Source: Elusimicrobiota bacterium | GTDB taxonomy: Bacteria; Elusimicrobiota; Elusimicrobia; UBA1565; UBA9628 | Direction of reading: 5' to 3' | Assembly (NCBI GenBank): GCA_028865585.1 | Contig: JAGWJU010000001.1 | Span: forward strand, 1-48,257 | Length of the DNA: 48,257 bases | Shown here: piece by piece, positions 9,618 through 18,943 of the stretch | Layout: every line of letters begins with the position of its first letter | Position numbering within the stretch: position 1 is the first letter of the stretch | Program-made: the position numbers and the translations under genes | Notes under the pieces: generated by a model | Databases searched by the model: none | Seen by the model: only the letters and a program-made list of their open reading frames with translations | What the model was told of the DNA's origin: nothing

Positions 9618-11996
9618 CTATCGGGGCTTCGCGCCGGCGAGGTTCGCGGAGACGCCCAGGCTCTTGGCCGAAGGCTTGCCGATCATGTCCGCCAGGACGT
9701 GCGCGGCTTCCTCGAGGACGAAGTCGGTCGGCGGGGGCGCGTGCGCGTAGCCCTTGGCGGAGGCGGAGGACGAGGAGACGGAGAACGCCGCGGCCTCGGC
9801 GGCCGAACTCGGCGGCGGCGCGGAAACCGACGCCGCGGGCTCCGGGGTTTGGGAAGCGGCGCTCTTGCCCGCCGCGCCCGCGGCCGTCGAGGTTGAAACC
9901 AGGGGATTGACGCCCGCGATGACGTCCTCAAGCGTGACGTCCGTGACGGTGAAAGGGGCGGCCGGCCGGGAGGCGCGCTCTTTTTTGCGCGCCTCGGCGC
10001 GCGCCTCGTTGGCCTTCTCTTCGGCCAAGCGGGCCTCGTAGTTGAGGGAGACGCTCTTGTCCTGCTTATGCTTCATGTAAAGAGCGATGTCCTGACGCAC
10101 GTACGCGAAGTCGGTCGAGACCGCGACGCGCTCCTCGGAGGCTTTCTGGAGCGCCGCGATCTCTCCCGCGGTGACGTCGTTTTTGGGCTCGTAGACGGCG
10201 GGCGCGATGTGATCGTAAGGGAGCGCGTTGGGAAGCGAGGACTCGGTCATGTCCAGCTCGTCGTCCAGTGACGGCAGCTGGATGTCGGGCGTCACGCCGC
10301 GATTCTGCGTCGAGCCGCCGGAGACGCGGTAGAATTTCTGGATGGTGATCTTGAGCGCGCCGGGGTTGTCCTTGCGCATGGACCAGGGCAGGTAGTCCGC
10401 GAGGTCGACGACGGACTGGACCGTGCCCTTGCCGAAGGTGCTCTTCTCCCCGACCACGACCGCGCGGCGGTAATCTTGAAGGGCCGCGGTCACGATTTCG
10501 GAGGCCGAGGCGGAGGCGCGGGTGGTCAGCACCACCATGGGGCCCGTGTACTCGGCCTGCGACTCGGGCGCGCGCAGGACCTCGACGCGGCCCTGGGAGT
10601 CCCGCACCTGCACGACCGGGCCGGGGCCGTCGAAGAGCCCGGCCATGGCCACGGCCTCGGCCAGCGATCCGCCGCCGTCGTTGCGCAAGTCCAGAATGAT
10701 GCCGGCGGCGCCTTGCTTCTCAAGGTAGGCGACCAGGCGGCTGACGTCCCTGGTGGCGCTGGTGCGCCCGTCCGGGCGCATGTCGGCGTAAAAAGAGGGG
10801 AGGTAGACCACGCCCAAACGCTCGGTCTTGCCGTCCTCGAGCGGCCAGGTGATGACCTGCGCGCGGGCTTCCTGGTCCTTGAGCTTGATGACCTCGCGGA
10901 TGATGTTCACGACCACGCGCGTCGCCGGATCGATGGCGTCGGCCGGGATGAGGCGCAGGCGCACGAGAGTGCCCTTTTTGCCGCGAATCATGTCCACCAC
11001 GTCGTCCAAGCGCATGCCCACGACGTCCACGAAGGAGCCTTCGCCCTGGGCCACTCCCACGATGCGGTCGTTGGGGTGGATTTGCTTGGACTTGTCCGCG
11101 GGGCCGCCCGGAACCAGGGAGACGATTTTGGCGTAGCCGCCGTCGGAACTCAGGACCGCGCCGATGCCCACAAGCGAGAGGCGCATGCTGATGTCGAAAT
11201 TGGCCTCGGTCGAGGCCGCCATGTAGTCGCTGTGCGGATCGTAGGTGCCCGCGAGCGCCGTTAGGTAAGCCTGCAGGACGTCGCTCGAGGCGAACTCCTT
11301 GTAGTAGGTCAGCAGGCGCTCGTAGCGCTGGACCACGTCCTTGATTTGGTCCTCGGGCTTGACCTTGTCGAGCATCTCTTCGAGCACGTCGTTCTTGAGG
11401 CGCTTTCTCCAAAGGTCCTTGGCGTCGCGTTCGTCGGAGGGCCAGGGCAGTTTTTCCCGATCCAGGATCACGCTTTCGTTTTTCTTAAAATCGAATATTT
11501 TATCGGGATTGACGAAGGCGGCGGAGGAGGCCAAGACGGAGTTCATGGCGGACAAAACCGTGGTCGAGGATTTTTCACCCGCTGTTTTCCCGACCGGAGG
11601 GGCGTGAAGGGTCCGCCGCACGAAGCGCACCCGCTCGCGCACGCGTTCCATGAAGCGGTTGAAGATGAAGTAGGCCGGCCCGACGTCGCCCGCCCGGACC
11701 ATCTGGGCCATGTCGTCTCCGAAGCGCGCCCGGAACTCGGCCGCGTCCGAACGCAGGAAAAACATCTTGTCGGGATCGAAATTCTGCAGGTAGAGCTTGA
11801 GCATGTCCCGGGACGTGGAGGCGTCCAGGGGTTTGTGTTCGTAATGGTCCTGCTCCAGGATGCGGGCCACGATTTGGCCGATGACGGGGCCGTCCTGACT
11901 CGGCTCCAGGGGCTTCTGCGGCGCCGCCTTGGCGGCGGCCAGCGGGGGAAAAAACAGGGCCGCGGCAAGAAGGAGGAGCGAAAGAGTCTTTTTCAA
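9618..11996 (-). CDS. prc: Tail-specific (C-terminal processing) protease, S41 family
   Basis: Prc N-terminal domain, PDZ, and [19 protein letters not shown]41 core, followed by a long Ala/Ser/Pro-rich C-terminal extension. Start set at TTG 11996, giving the textbook signal peptide (M)[23 protein letters not shown]. The alternative ATG at 12071 overlaps the upstream gene by 71 nt. Confidence 0.85.
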   Translation of the reverse strand: MKKTLSLLLLAAALFFPPLAAAKAAPQKPLEPSQDGPVIGQIVARILEQDHYEHKPLDASTSRDMLKLYLQNFDPDKMFFLRSDAAEFRARFGDDMAQMVRAGDVGPAYFIFNRFMERVRERVRFVRRTLHAPPVGKTAGEKSSTTVLSAMNSVLASSAAFVNPDKIFDFKKNESVILDREKLPWPSDERDAKDLWRKRLKNDVLEEMLDKVKPEDQIKDVVQRYERLLTYYKEFASSDVLQAYLTALAGTYDPHSDYMAASTEANFDISMRLSLVGIGAVLSSDGGYAKIVSLVPGGPADKSKQIHPNDRIVGVAQGEGSFVDVVGMRLDDVVDMIRGKKGTLVRLRLIPADAIDPATRVVVNIIREVIKLKDQEARAQVITWPLEDGKTERLGVVYLPSFYADMRPDGRTSATRDVSRLVAYLEKQGAAGIILDLRNDGGGSLAEAVAMAGLFDGPGPVVQVRDSQGRVEVLRAPESQAEYTGPMVVLTTRASASASEIVTAALQDYRRAVVVGEKSTFGKGTVQSVVDLADYLPWSMRKDNPGALKITIQKFYRVSGGSTQNRGVTPDIQLPSLDDELDMTESSLPNALPYDHIAPAVYEPKNDVTAGEIAALQKASEERVAVSTDFAYVRQDIALYMKHKQDKSVSLNYEARLAEEKANEARAEARKKERASRPAAPFTVTDVTLEDVIAGVNPLVSTSTAAGAAGKSAASQTPEPAASVSAPPPSSAAEAAAFSVSSSSASAKGYAHAPPPTDFVLEEAAHVLADMIGKPSAKSLGVSANLAGAKPR

Positions 11997-12000
11997 CGCG

Positions 12001-12465
12001 CTACGGGGCCCGCCCGGCGAGAGTTTTGCGCATCTCCTTGAGGAACTCGACCGTCTTGGGCAAATCTCCATACGGAATGCGCACCCCCTTCTTCGACCAA
12101 CCCTTGTACGACTGATCCTCGACCCACTCGCGCAAATCCACGCCCGTGGCGTCCTTGAAGATGGTCACGCGCACGACCAGCTCGATGCCCATGCGCCGCG
12201 GGATGCGCGCCAACTCCTTCTCGGCCAGCGCCTCGGGTTCGGCGGGCAAAGACGACAGGGCCTGGATGACGCCTTCCAGGGCCGCGGCGTTGAGCGTGAT
12301 GCCGGCCTTGGTCGGCCCCGAGTAGTGATCCCCTTTGATGAAGGATCGGATTGAGCCGTAGCGGTGGCCGCGGTATTCGTCCACGTAGAAGCGGATTTGC
12401 GTGACGTCCGAGACGGAGATGGAGCCGATGTCCTTGAGAGGTTTGAATTCCTGGCTTTGGGGCAT
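12001..12465 (-). CDS. Tandem PC4/YdbC-like putative ssDNA-binding protein
   Basis: 154 aa with two internal repeats, each matching the PC4 pattern (beta-strands, then KG-ISL/RIP, then helix): IRFYVDEYRGHRYGSIRSFIKGDHYSGPTKAGITLNAAALEGVIQAL and LVVRVTIFKDATGVDLREWVEDQSYKGWSKKGVRIPYGDLPKTVEFLKEM. Confidence 0.6.
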   Translation of the reverse strand: MPQSQEFKPLKDIGSISVSDVTQIRFYVDEYRGHRYGSIRSFIKGDHYSGPTKAGITLNAAALEGVIQALSSLPAEPEALAEKELARIPRRMGIELVVRVTIFKDATGVDLREWVEDQSYKGWSKKGVRIPYGDLPKTVEFLKEMRKTLAGRAP

Positions 12466-12502
12466 GGTGATCTTCGCCGTCTGATCAAGACTACCAAAAT
12501 CC

Positions 12503-12531
12503 TAGAGATTTTTCATCTCAAGGGCTATAAT
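12503..12531 (+). promoter_or_regulatory. Sigma70-like promoter (TAGAGA-17-TATAAT) giving a leaderless CNNM-EIIA mRNA
   Basis: TATAAT at 12526-12531, then 7 nt to the ATG at 12539. The -35-like TAGAGA sits at 12503-12508 with a 17-nt spacer. Confidence 0.5.
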
Positions 12532-12538
12532 GGGGGGC

Positions 12539-14050
12539 ATGAGCGCCTGGGTGTGGCTGCCCATTCTCCTAATCCTGATCAACGGCGCCTTCGTCTTGAT
12601 CGAATACTCCCTTCTGCGCGTGAGGCCCTCGCGCCTTGAGATTTTGGCGCGGCGGGGCAGCGCCGCGGCCAAGCTCGCCCAAGAGATGCAGGCGCGCTTC
12701 GACTATTACCTGGCCGCCATCCAGGTGGGGCTCATCCTGACCGCCCTGGCCTTGGGCCGCCTGGGGGAGCCCCTCGTGGCCGCGTGGGTGCAGGAGCGTT
12801 TTTCCGCGGCCGCCGCGGCGTGGCTTGGCCCCCGCTGGGACGCCGCCATCGCCTTTATCATCGCCCTGGCCGCGCTCACCTTCGTGATGTCCGTTTTCGG
12901 CGAGCTTTTGCCGCGGGCCGTGGCCTTGCGCCGGGCCGAGGCCGTGGCGCTGTGGGGGGCCTATCCGCTGAGGGTTTTCGCGGCGGCGTTCCGCCCCGCG
13001 GTGTCTCTGATGGCGCTCTCCTCGCGCGCGATTCTGAGGCTTCTGGGCCTCTCCGGCGCCGCGTCCTCGGAGACCTCCTTGTCCGCGGAGGAGATGCGCG
13101 TGCTCATCGGCGAGACCCAGGAAAAAGGCGCCCTGGCCCTGGAGCAGCTTTTTTTGCTGGAGAATCTCTTCGATTTCGGCAAGGCCGTGGCCGCGGACGC
13201 GATGGTGCCGCGCGAGAAAATCGCCGCCCTCTCCCTGGCCGAACCCTGGCCCGTCAACCTGGGAGTCATCCGCGCGCGCCGCTTTTCCCGCTATCCTCTT
13301 TACGAAGCCGATCTGGATTCGACCGTGGGCCTGGTCCACGTCAAGGATGTTTTCCTGGCGCAAAACGGTTCGGGTCCGCCGGACTTGCGGCGCCTCAAGC
13401 GCGAGCTTATGAGCGTCTCGGAGACCGAGCCTTTGGAGAAGCTGGTCAAAATCCTGCCCGATCGCGGGGTGCACATGGCGCTGGTGCGCAACGCCTTGGG
13501 CCGCGTGGCGGGGCTCATCACGCTTGAGGACATCATCGAGGAGCTGGTCGGCGAGGTTCACGACGAGTTCGACTTGCCCCAGGCCTGGTCCTTCATGGAC
13601 GTGGTCTCGCGCAAATCCGTGGCGGTGCATCTGCAGGCCGCGGACCGCGCCGCGGCGGTGCGCCGCGTCATGGGCCTTCTGGAAAAGGCGCACCCGGGCC
13701 TCATCCCCGCGGGCGCTCTCTCCGCGGTCCTGGAGCGCGAGGAAAGGCTCTCCAGCTGCATCGGCCGCGGCGTGGCCGTGCCGCACGCGCGCCTGGCTTC
13801 CATCGATAGGGGCCTGGTCGCGGTTGGGCGTTTCCATAAGCCCGTCGATTTCGGCGGCGACAAAGGGCCGGTCCGCCTGGTGTTTCTGGCGCTGACTCCG
13901 TCCGCGCACCCGGTCCTTCAGATCCGCATCCTCTCCCGCATCGCGTCCTTGGTCGCCAACGAGAACCTGCGCCGCAAGCTGCTTCACGCGCCGTCGGCGG
14001 AGAGCCTCTTCGACATCCTGCGCACCGCCGACACCATGCTGGCCGACTAG
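12539..14050 (+). CDS. CNNM/CorB-type (DUF21 + CBS pair) divalent-cation transporter with a C-terminal PTS EIIA(Ntr)-like domain
   Basis: N-terminal DUF21 transmembrane region (ILINGAFVLIEYSLLRVRPSRLE), then a CBS pair (..VHVKDVF.., ..GLITLEDIIEELVGEV). The C-terminal ~150 aa align with PtsN, including the phospho-His motif GRGVAVPHARL. The alternative ATG at 12530 overlaps the TATAAT box. Confidence 0.85.
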   Translation: MSAWVWLPILLILINGAFVLIEYSLLRVRPSRLEILARRGSAAAKLAQEMQARFDYYLAAIQVGLILTALALGRLGEPLVAAWVQERFSAAAAAWLGPRWDAAIAFIIALAALTFVMSVFGELLPRAVALRRAEAVALWGAYPLRVFAAAFRPAVSLMALSSRAILRLLGLSGAASSETSLSAEEMRVLIGETQEKGALALEQLFLLENLFDFGKAVAADAMVPREKIAALSLAEPWPVNLGVIRARRFSRYPLYEADLDSTVGLVHVKDVFLAQNGSGPPDLRRLKRELMSVSETEPLEKLVKILPDRGVHMALVRNALGRVAGLITLEDIIEELVGEVHDEFDLPQAWSFMDVVSRKSVAVHLQAADRAAAVRRVMGLLEKAHPGLIPAGALSAVLEREERLSSCIGRGVAVPHARLASIDRGLVAVGRFHKPVDFGGDKGPVRLVFLALTPSAHPVLQIRILSRIASLVANENLRRKLLHAPSAESLFDILRTADTMLAD

Positions 14051-14082
14051 CCCGCGCGCCGGTTTTTGTAAGATAGGATCCT

Positions 14083-15114
14083 ATGGCGGCGACCGGGGGG
14101 CCTTCTCTTTTCCTCGACGCTTGCCGGCGGCGCCCGACGCCCCGCCCGCCCGTCTGGTTCATGCGCCAGGCCGGGCGCTACATGAAGGACTACCGCGATC
14201 TGCGCGCCAAGCATTCCATCTTGGAGCTGGCCAAGACGCCCGAGCTGGCCTGCGCCGTGACCCTGCAGCCGGTGCGCCGCTTCGGCTTTGACGCGGCGAT
14301 TCTGTTCTCCGACATCCTCCTGCCCTTGGAGCCCATGGGCGCGCGCCTACGTTTTGCCCCGGCGCCGGTCATCGACAACCCGGTGCGCTCGGCGCGAGAC
14401 GCCGCGCGCTTGAGGCCCTGCGCGCCGCGCGAGGACTTGTCCCGCGTGCTCAAGGCCGTCTCCCTGCTGCGCCGGGAGTTGGGCCGAACGCCGCTCATCG
14501 GCTTCGTGGGCGCGCCTTTCACGCTGGCCAGCTACCTGATAGAAGGCGGCCCTTCCAAGGATTTCATCCGCACCAAGGCCTTCATGAATTCCGAGCCGGA
14601 CGCGTGGGCCGGCCTCATGCGCCGGCTCTCCCGGATGGGAGCGGACTACCTTTCGGCCCAGGTCGAGGCGGGCTGCCGGGCCGTTCAGGTCTTCGACAGC
14701 TGGGCGGGAGCCCTCTCTCCCGCGCAGTACCGCGGCAAGGTCCTGCCCTACTCGCGGGCGCTCATCGCCGCGGCGCAAAAAAGCGGGGCGCCGGTCATCC
14801 ACTTCGGCACGGGCACGGCGGGATTTTTGCGCGATTTCGCGTCGGCGGGCAGCGACGTGGTGGGCGTGGACTGGCGCGTGGACTTGGCGCAGGCCTTCAA
14901 GATCTGCCCGGGCCGCGCCGTGCAGGGAAACCTCGATCCGGCCGTCCTGGCGGGGCCGTTGCCCGCGCTCAAGAAAGAGGCGGCGGGGATTCTCCGCGCC
15001 GGCCGCGGGCGGCGCGGATTCATTTTCAATTTGGGCCACGGCGTTTTGCCCCAGACGCCCGAGGCCAACGTGCGCGCCGTGGTCGAGCTGATCCGCCGCT
15101 TCGGCCGTCCATGA
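14083..15114 (+). CDS. hemE: Uroporphyrinogen decarboxylase
   Basis: RPPVWFMRQAGRYMKDYR, LQPVRRFGFDAAILFSDILLPLEPMG. Confidence 0.93.
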   Translation: MAATGGPSLFLDACRRRPTPRPPVWFMRQAGRYMKDYRDLRAKHSILELAKTPELACAVTLQPVRRFGFDAAILFSDILLPLEPMGARLRFAPAPVIDNPVRSARDAARLRPCAPREDLSRVLKAVSLLRRELGRTPLIGFVGAPFTLASYLIEGGPSKDFIRTKAFMNSEPDAWAGLMRRLSRMGADYLSAQVEAGCRAVQVFDSWAGALSPAQYRGKVLPYSRALIAAAQKSGAPVIHFGTGTAGFLRDFASAGSDVVGVDWRVDLAQAFKICPGRAVQGNLDPAVLAGPLPALKKEAAGILRAGRGRRGFIFNLGHGVLPQTPEANVRAVVELIRRFGRP

Positions 15115-16556
15115 CCCGCCGCGAATCGCGAGCGCGTCCCGGAGGGACGAACGCGCCTTCCAGAGGGCTCAGGCGCGTCGCGGTTTTGGGGGCCGGCGTC
15201 GCGGGCCTCGCCGCGGCCTATGAAGTCATCCGAGCGGGCGCGTCCGGGGGCGCCCAGGCGCTGGTGTTGGAGGCTTCGGAGCGCGTCGGCGGCAAGGTCC
15301 TGAGCGTTTCGCGCGGCGGAGTCGTCTACGAGGCCGGGCCCGATTCTTTTATTTCCGCCAAGCCGGACGTGCTGGAGTTGGCCCGTGAGCTGGGCATTTC
15401 CGGCGATTTGGCGGCCACCAATCCGGGAGCCTCTTCGGTTTCGATTTATTTCAAAGGCCGCTTGCGGACGCTGCGCGGCGGGATGTGGCCGCCCAAGGCG
15501 TCGGCGCTTTTGGGCGCCGGCCTTTTGAGCTGGCGCGGTTTGGCGCGGCTGGCGCTCAGCGGATGGATGGGGCTTGAGGATCCCGCCGTCGCGGACGAGT
15601 CTTTGGCGGCGTTCGTGCGCCGCCGTTTCGGCCAAGAGGCGCTTGAGCGTCTGGCCGATCCGCTTTTGGCCGGCATCTACGCCGGAGACGCGGAAGAGCT
15701 GAGCCTGGAAAGCACCTTCCCCCAAATCAAAACGGCTTTCGCCAAAAACGGCGCCTCCGCCGCCCGGCCGCCCTGGCGCCCGGCGCCCGGGCAAAGCTTG
15801 TTCATGACTTTTCAGGGCGGCCTTTCGCGGCTTCCCGAGGCGCTCAGCGCGGCGCTGCCCGGCAGGGCGGTGCGCACGGGGGCGCGCGTGCTTGCGCTCT
15901 CGCGCCGCGACCGGGAATGGAAGATTGAGACCTCGGCGGGAGATTTCGCGGCCGACGCCGTCGTAAGCGCTCTTCCGGCCAGCGCCCTGGCGCCCGCGGT
16001 CGAGCGCCTCGATCCGGAACTGGCCGCCGTTCTGCGGGAAATTCCCTTCGCCTCCACTGCCACGGTGTCCCTGCTTTACGACGATTCCTCGCTGCCGGCC
16101 AGGCCCGAGGGCTTCGGCTTTCTGGTGCCGCGCCGGGAGGGCAAGGCGGTTTCCGCCGCGACCTACAGCTCCTCCAAGTTCCCCGGCCGCGCGCCGGAAG
16201 GCAAAACGCTGGTGCGCTGCTTCGTGGGCGGCGCGGGGCGCGGCGCCTGGGCCGAGAAATCGGAGGAGGACCTGATTCGCCTGGCCTCGGAGGAGCTCTC
16301 CGAAATCCTGGGCCTGGGCAAAGCCTGCCGTCCCGCCGAGGCCAGGGCGTGGCGCTGGCTTGCGGCCAACCCGCAGTACACCGTGGGCCACGCCCTGCGC
16401 TTAAAGCGCCTGGAGTCCTGCTTGAGGAGCCACCCGGGGCTTCTGCTGGCGGGCGCCTCCTACCGCGGCGTGGGCCTGCCCGACTGCGTGCGCTCCGGAC
16501 GCGCCGCCGCGCGCGCCGCGCTTTCCCCGCGCGGCGGGTTTCCGGCCGTGGCCTGA
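15111..16556 (+). CDS. hemY: HemY-type FAD-dependent protoporphyrinogen/coproporphyrinogen III oxidase
   Basis: ORF 14604..16556 trimmed to ATG 15111, which forms an ATGA overlap with the hemE stop. Dinucleotide fold VAVLGAGVAGLAAAYE, with HemY-like length and C-terminus. Confidence 0.8.
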   Translation: MTRRESRARPGGTNAPSRGLRRVAVLGAGVAGLAAAYEVIRAGASGGAQALVLEASERVGGKVLSVSRGGVVYEAGPDSFISAKPDVLELARELGISGDLAATNPGASSVSIYFKGRLRTLRGGMWPPKASALLGAGLLSWRGLARLALSGWMGLEDPAVADESLAAFVRRRFGQEALERLADPLLAGIYAGDAEELSLESTFPQIKTAFAKNGASAARPPWRPAPGQSLFMTFQGGLSRLPEALSAALPGRAVRTGARVLALSRRDREWKIETSAGDFAADAVVSALPASALAPAVERLDPELAAVLREIPFASTATVSLLYDDSSLPARPEGFGFLVPRREGKAVSAATYSSSKFPGRAPEGKTLVRCFVGGAGRGAWAEKSEEDLIRLASEELSEILGLGKACRPAEARAWRWLAANPQYTVGHALRLKRLESCLRSHPGLLLAGASYRGVGLPDCVRSGRAAARAALSPRGGFPAVA

Positions 16557-16566
16557 AGCCGCCGGC

Positions 16567-17817
16567 CTACGCCAAGCGCTGGATGAGGATCGCCGCGAAG
16601 CCCGCCGCGAGCACGGCCAGCGTCGGCACGAGCATCCGGAGGCGCCCGCGCGCGCTGGCAGCGGGGCGAAAAAACAGCGGCCAGTTGAGGTTGCTTGCGG
16701 CGCTGACCATGGAGGCCAGAACCGCCGCGATTGCCGCGACCCGCTCGCCGACCTGGCCGCGCGCGCCCAGGTTCGCGGCCGAGGCGACCGCGCTCGCGCT
16801 GCTTAAAATCCCGCCTACGAGGCTTGCCCCGAAAAATCCCGAGCGGCCCAGGTGGCGCTCGGCCAGAACGCCCGCGGCCTCGATGGCGAAAAAGAGCGCG
16901 GCGAAGGCGGAGAGCCGGCGCAGGGAGATGGGCGAGGAGATTTTAAGCTCGAAGCCCCGGCGCGGCCCGTTGGACTGAATCTTGGCGAAGAGCAGGGCCG
17001 TCGCGGCCATGGCCGAAAGCGGAGCGGCGGCGAAGCGCGCGGAGGGCGGGTAGAGCAGCGCCAAAAGCAGCAGGTTGCGCGAGAACATGGCGAAGACGGT
17101 CAGCAGGGACGCTGCGGCCAGGATGGGTTCGGCGGCCTCGGTCAGGCCGCCCAGGGCGGCGGTCAGCTCCGCGACGGTGGCCGTGCTGTTGACCAAGCCG
17201 CCCAGGATGGCCGTGTAGTGGAATCCGCGCGTGCTCAAGAGGCGCAGGAGCACGTAGTTGACGAAGCCGATGCTGGCGATGACGATGATGGTGACCCAGA
17301 ATTCGCGCGGGTTCAAAAGCCCCCACGGGTCGACCAGGCGGTCCGGCAGAATCGGGTAGATGACGAAGCTCAGCAGGCCCAGGAGCACGGCGCTGCGGAT
17401 TTCCTCCGGGCGCAGGCGGCTGGCGAAATTGGTCAACTCCACCTTCCAGGTGAGCAAAATGGTGGTCAAAATCGCCGCGGCCACGGGCTCGAAGAAGCGC
17501 CCCTGCCCGATGAGCACGCCCAGCACGAAGGTCAGCACCAGGACGACCGAGGTGGTCACTTCCAGGGTCTTATCCAGCATCAGGCGGCGTATATTAAGGA
17601 AGGCGATGAGCACCAGCACGCCCGCCAGGGCGGCGATGGAGAAGGAGATGGACAGGAGCGCGCTGAGCATGCCCAGGAGCGCGGTAATCGCGAAGGTGCG
17701 CGCGCCCGCGTCCTTGTTGGACCACTCGCGCTCAAGGCCGATCAAGAGACCCGCGCCCAAAGACAGCAGCAGGCGCAAGGCCATGTCCTGGGCGGAAATG
17801 GGGATAGGGAGGGGCAC
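16567..17817 (-). CDS. MgtC/SapB-family membrane protein with DUF4010-like C-terminal region
   Basis: LRLLLSLGAGLLIGLEREW is the MgtC N-terminal signature, and the protein is polytopic and hydrophobic. The ORF-track start TTG 17853 coincides with a TTGACA -35 box, so GTG 17817 is preferred (7 nt after AATACT). Start uncertain. Confidence 0.7.
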   Translation of the reverse strand: MPLPIPISAQDMALRLLLSLGAGLLIGLEREWSNKDAGARTFAITALLGMLSALLSISFSIAALAGVLVLIAFLNIRRLMLDKTLEVTTSVVLVLTFVLGVLIGQGRFFEPVAAAILTTILLTWKVELTNFASRLRPEEIRSAVLLGLLSFVIYPILPDRLVDPWGLLNPREFWVTIIVIASIGFVNYVLLRLLSTRGFHYTAILGGLVNSTATVAELTAALGGLTEAAEPILAAASLLTVFAMFSRNLLLLALLYPPSARFAAAPLSAMAATALLFAKIQSNGPRRGFELKISSPISLRRLSAFAALFFAIEAAGVLAERHLGRSGFFGASLVGGILSSASAVASAANLGARGQVGERVAAIAAVLASMVSAASNLNWPLFFRPAASARGRLRMLVPTLAVLAAGFAAILIQRLA

Positions 17818-17824
17818 GGAAAAT

Positions 17825-17853
17825 AGTATTTCCCCAACGGCCATTATTGTCAA
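17825..17853 (-). promoter_or_regulatory. Sigma70-like promoter (TTGACA-17-AATACT) of the MgtC-like gene
   Basis: Minus strand reads TTGACA (17853-17848), spacer ATAATGGCCGTTGGGGA, AATACT (17830-17825), then 7 nt to the in-frame GTG at 17817. Confidence 0.45.
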
Positions 17854-17876
17854 GTCCGGCGATGTTATGCCATAGT
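17847..17876 (+). promoter_or_regulatory. Sigma70-like promoter (TTGTCA-18-CATAGT) of rlmN, near-leaderless
   Basis: TTGTCA at 17847-17852, 18-nt spacer, CATAGT at 17871-17876, then 8 nt to the ATG at 17885. Confidence 0.45.
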
Positions 17877-17884
17877 GGACCCGT

Positions 17885-18922
17885 ATGGATGTGGATAAGG
17901 CGGCGGCCGTTTTAAAGAGGCTTAAGGCCCCGCCTTTTCGCCTGACCCAATTGCGTCAGGCGGTCTTCCGCGAGGCGCAGGACTCCTACGAGGCGATGAC
18001 CACTTTGCCCGAGGAGTTGCGCCGCACCCTGGCCGCGGAGGCGCCGCTCTTGTGCCTTTCCCCCGCACTGGTCCGCGCTTCCGCCGACGGCTTGTGCCGC
18101 AAGGCCCTGCTGCGCCTCCGCGACGGGCTTAAAATAGAGACCGTGCTCCTGCGCCCGAGCCCGCGGCGCTGGACCGTGTGCATTTCCAGCCAGGCCGGCT
18201 GCGCGGTGGCCTGCACGTTCTGCGCCACGGGCCTGATGGGGCTTTCGCGCAACCTCAGCGCCGAGGAAATCTCGGATCAGGTGCTCTTTTGGAAGCAGTT
18301 CACGCGCCGGGAAAAAATCGCGGGCGGCGGGACGGGCCCGGACAACGTGGTCTACATGGGCATGGGCGAGCCCTTCGCCAACTACGAGCCCGTGGCCCGA
18401 AGCCTGCGCGCGCTCATGGACCAGGCGCAGTTCGGCCTGGGCGCGCGGCACATCTCGGTCTCGACCTCGGGCATCGCGCCCAAAATCGAGCGCTTCGCCG
18501 AGGATTTTCCCCAGGTCAACCTCGCGCTCTCCTTGCACGCGGCCGAGGACGAGCTCAGAACGAGGCTCGTGCCCATGAACAAGGCCTACCCGTTGGAGAG
18601 CTTGGCCGCGTCCCTGCGCGTTTATCTGGAGCGGACCGGGCGCAAGGTTTTCGTGGAGTACGTGCTTTTGCGCGGCGAGAACGACAGCGCCCAAGACGCC
18701 CGCAGCCTCGCCGCTTATTTGCGCTCCGTCGGGTCTTTGGAGCGCCTGCACGTGAACCTCATCGCCTTCAACCAGACCGACACCCCGCACCAGGCGCCGC
18801 CCGAGGCCGAGGCCAGGCGCTTCCAGGCTCTTTTGCGCCGCTGCGGAATTCCGACGACGCTGCGCCGGAACCTGGGCCAGGACATCGACGGCGCCTGCGG
18901 CCAGCTGCTGGCTAAGAACTAA
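17885..18922 (+). CDS. rlmN: Radical-SAM 23S rRNA/tRNA adenine-C2 methyltransferase RlmN
   Basis: Radical-SAM motif CAVACTFCATG, MGMGEPFANY, C-terminal ..DIDGACGQL. Confidence 0.92.
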   Translation: MDVDKAAAVLKRLKAPPFRLTQLRQAVFREAQDSYEAMTTLPEELRRTLAAEAPLLCLSPALVRASADGLCRKALLRLRDGLKIETVLLRPSPRRWTVCISSQAGCAVACTFCATGLMGLSRNLSAEEISDQVLFWKQFTRREKIAGGGTGPDNVVYMGMGEPFANYEPVARSLRALMDQAQFGLGARHISVSTSGIAPKIERFAEDFPQVNLALSLHAAEDELRTRLVPMNKAYPLESLAASLRVYLERTGRKVFVEYVLLRGENDSAQDARSLAAYLRSVGSLERLHVNLIAFNQTDTPHQAPPEAEARRFQALLRRCGIPTTLRRNLGQDIDGACGQLLAKN

Positions 18923-18943
18923 AGCGCTTCCTTATATAAAACG

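Noticed and set aside
11997-12071. The ATG at 12071 as the prc start.
   Set aside because: It would overlap the upstream gene by 71 nt and add a 25-aa Arg/Ser-rich extension before an otherwise textbook signal peptide. TTG 11996 is preferred, but this is not proven.
14069-14074. TAAGAT 8 nt upstream of the hemE ATG as another leaderless promoter.
   Set aside because: There is no acceptable -35, and the site lies 19 nt after the CNNM-EIIA stop. An AGGA 5 nt upstream of the ATG could instead serve as a Shine-Dalgarno on a read-through transcript. Left ambiguous.
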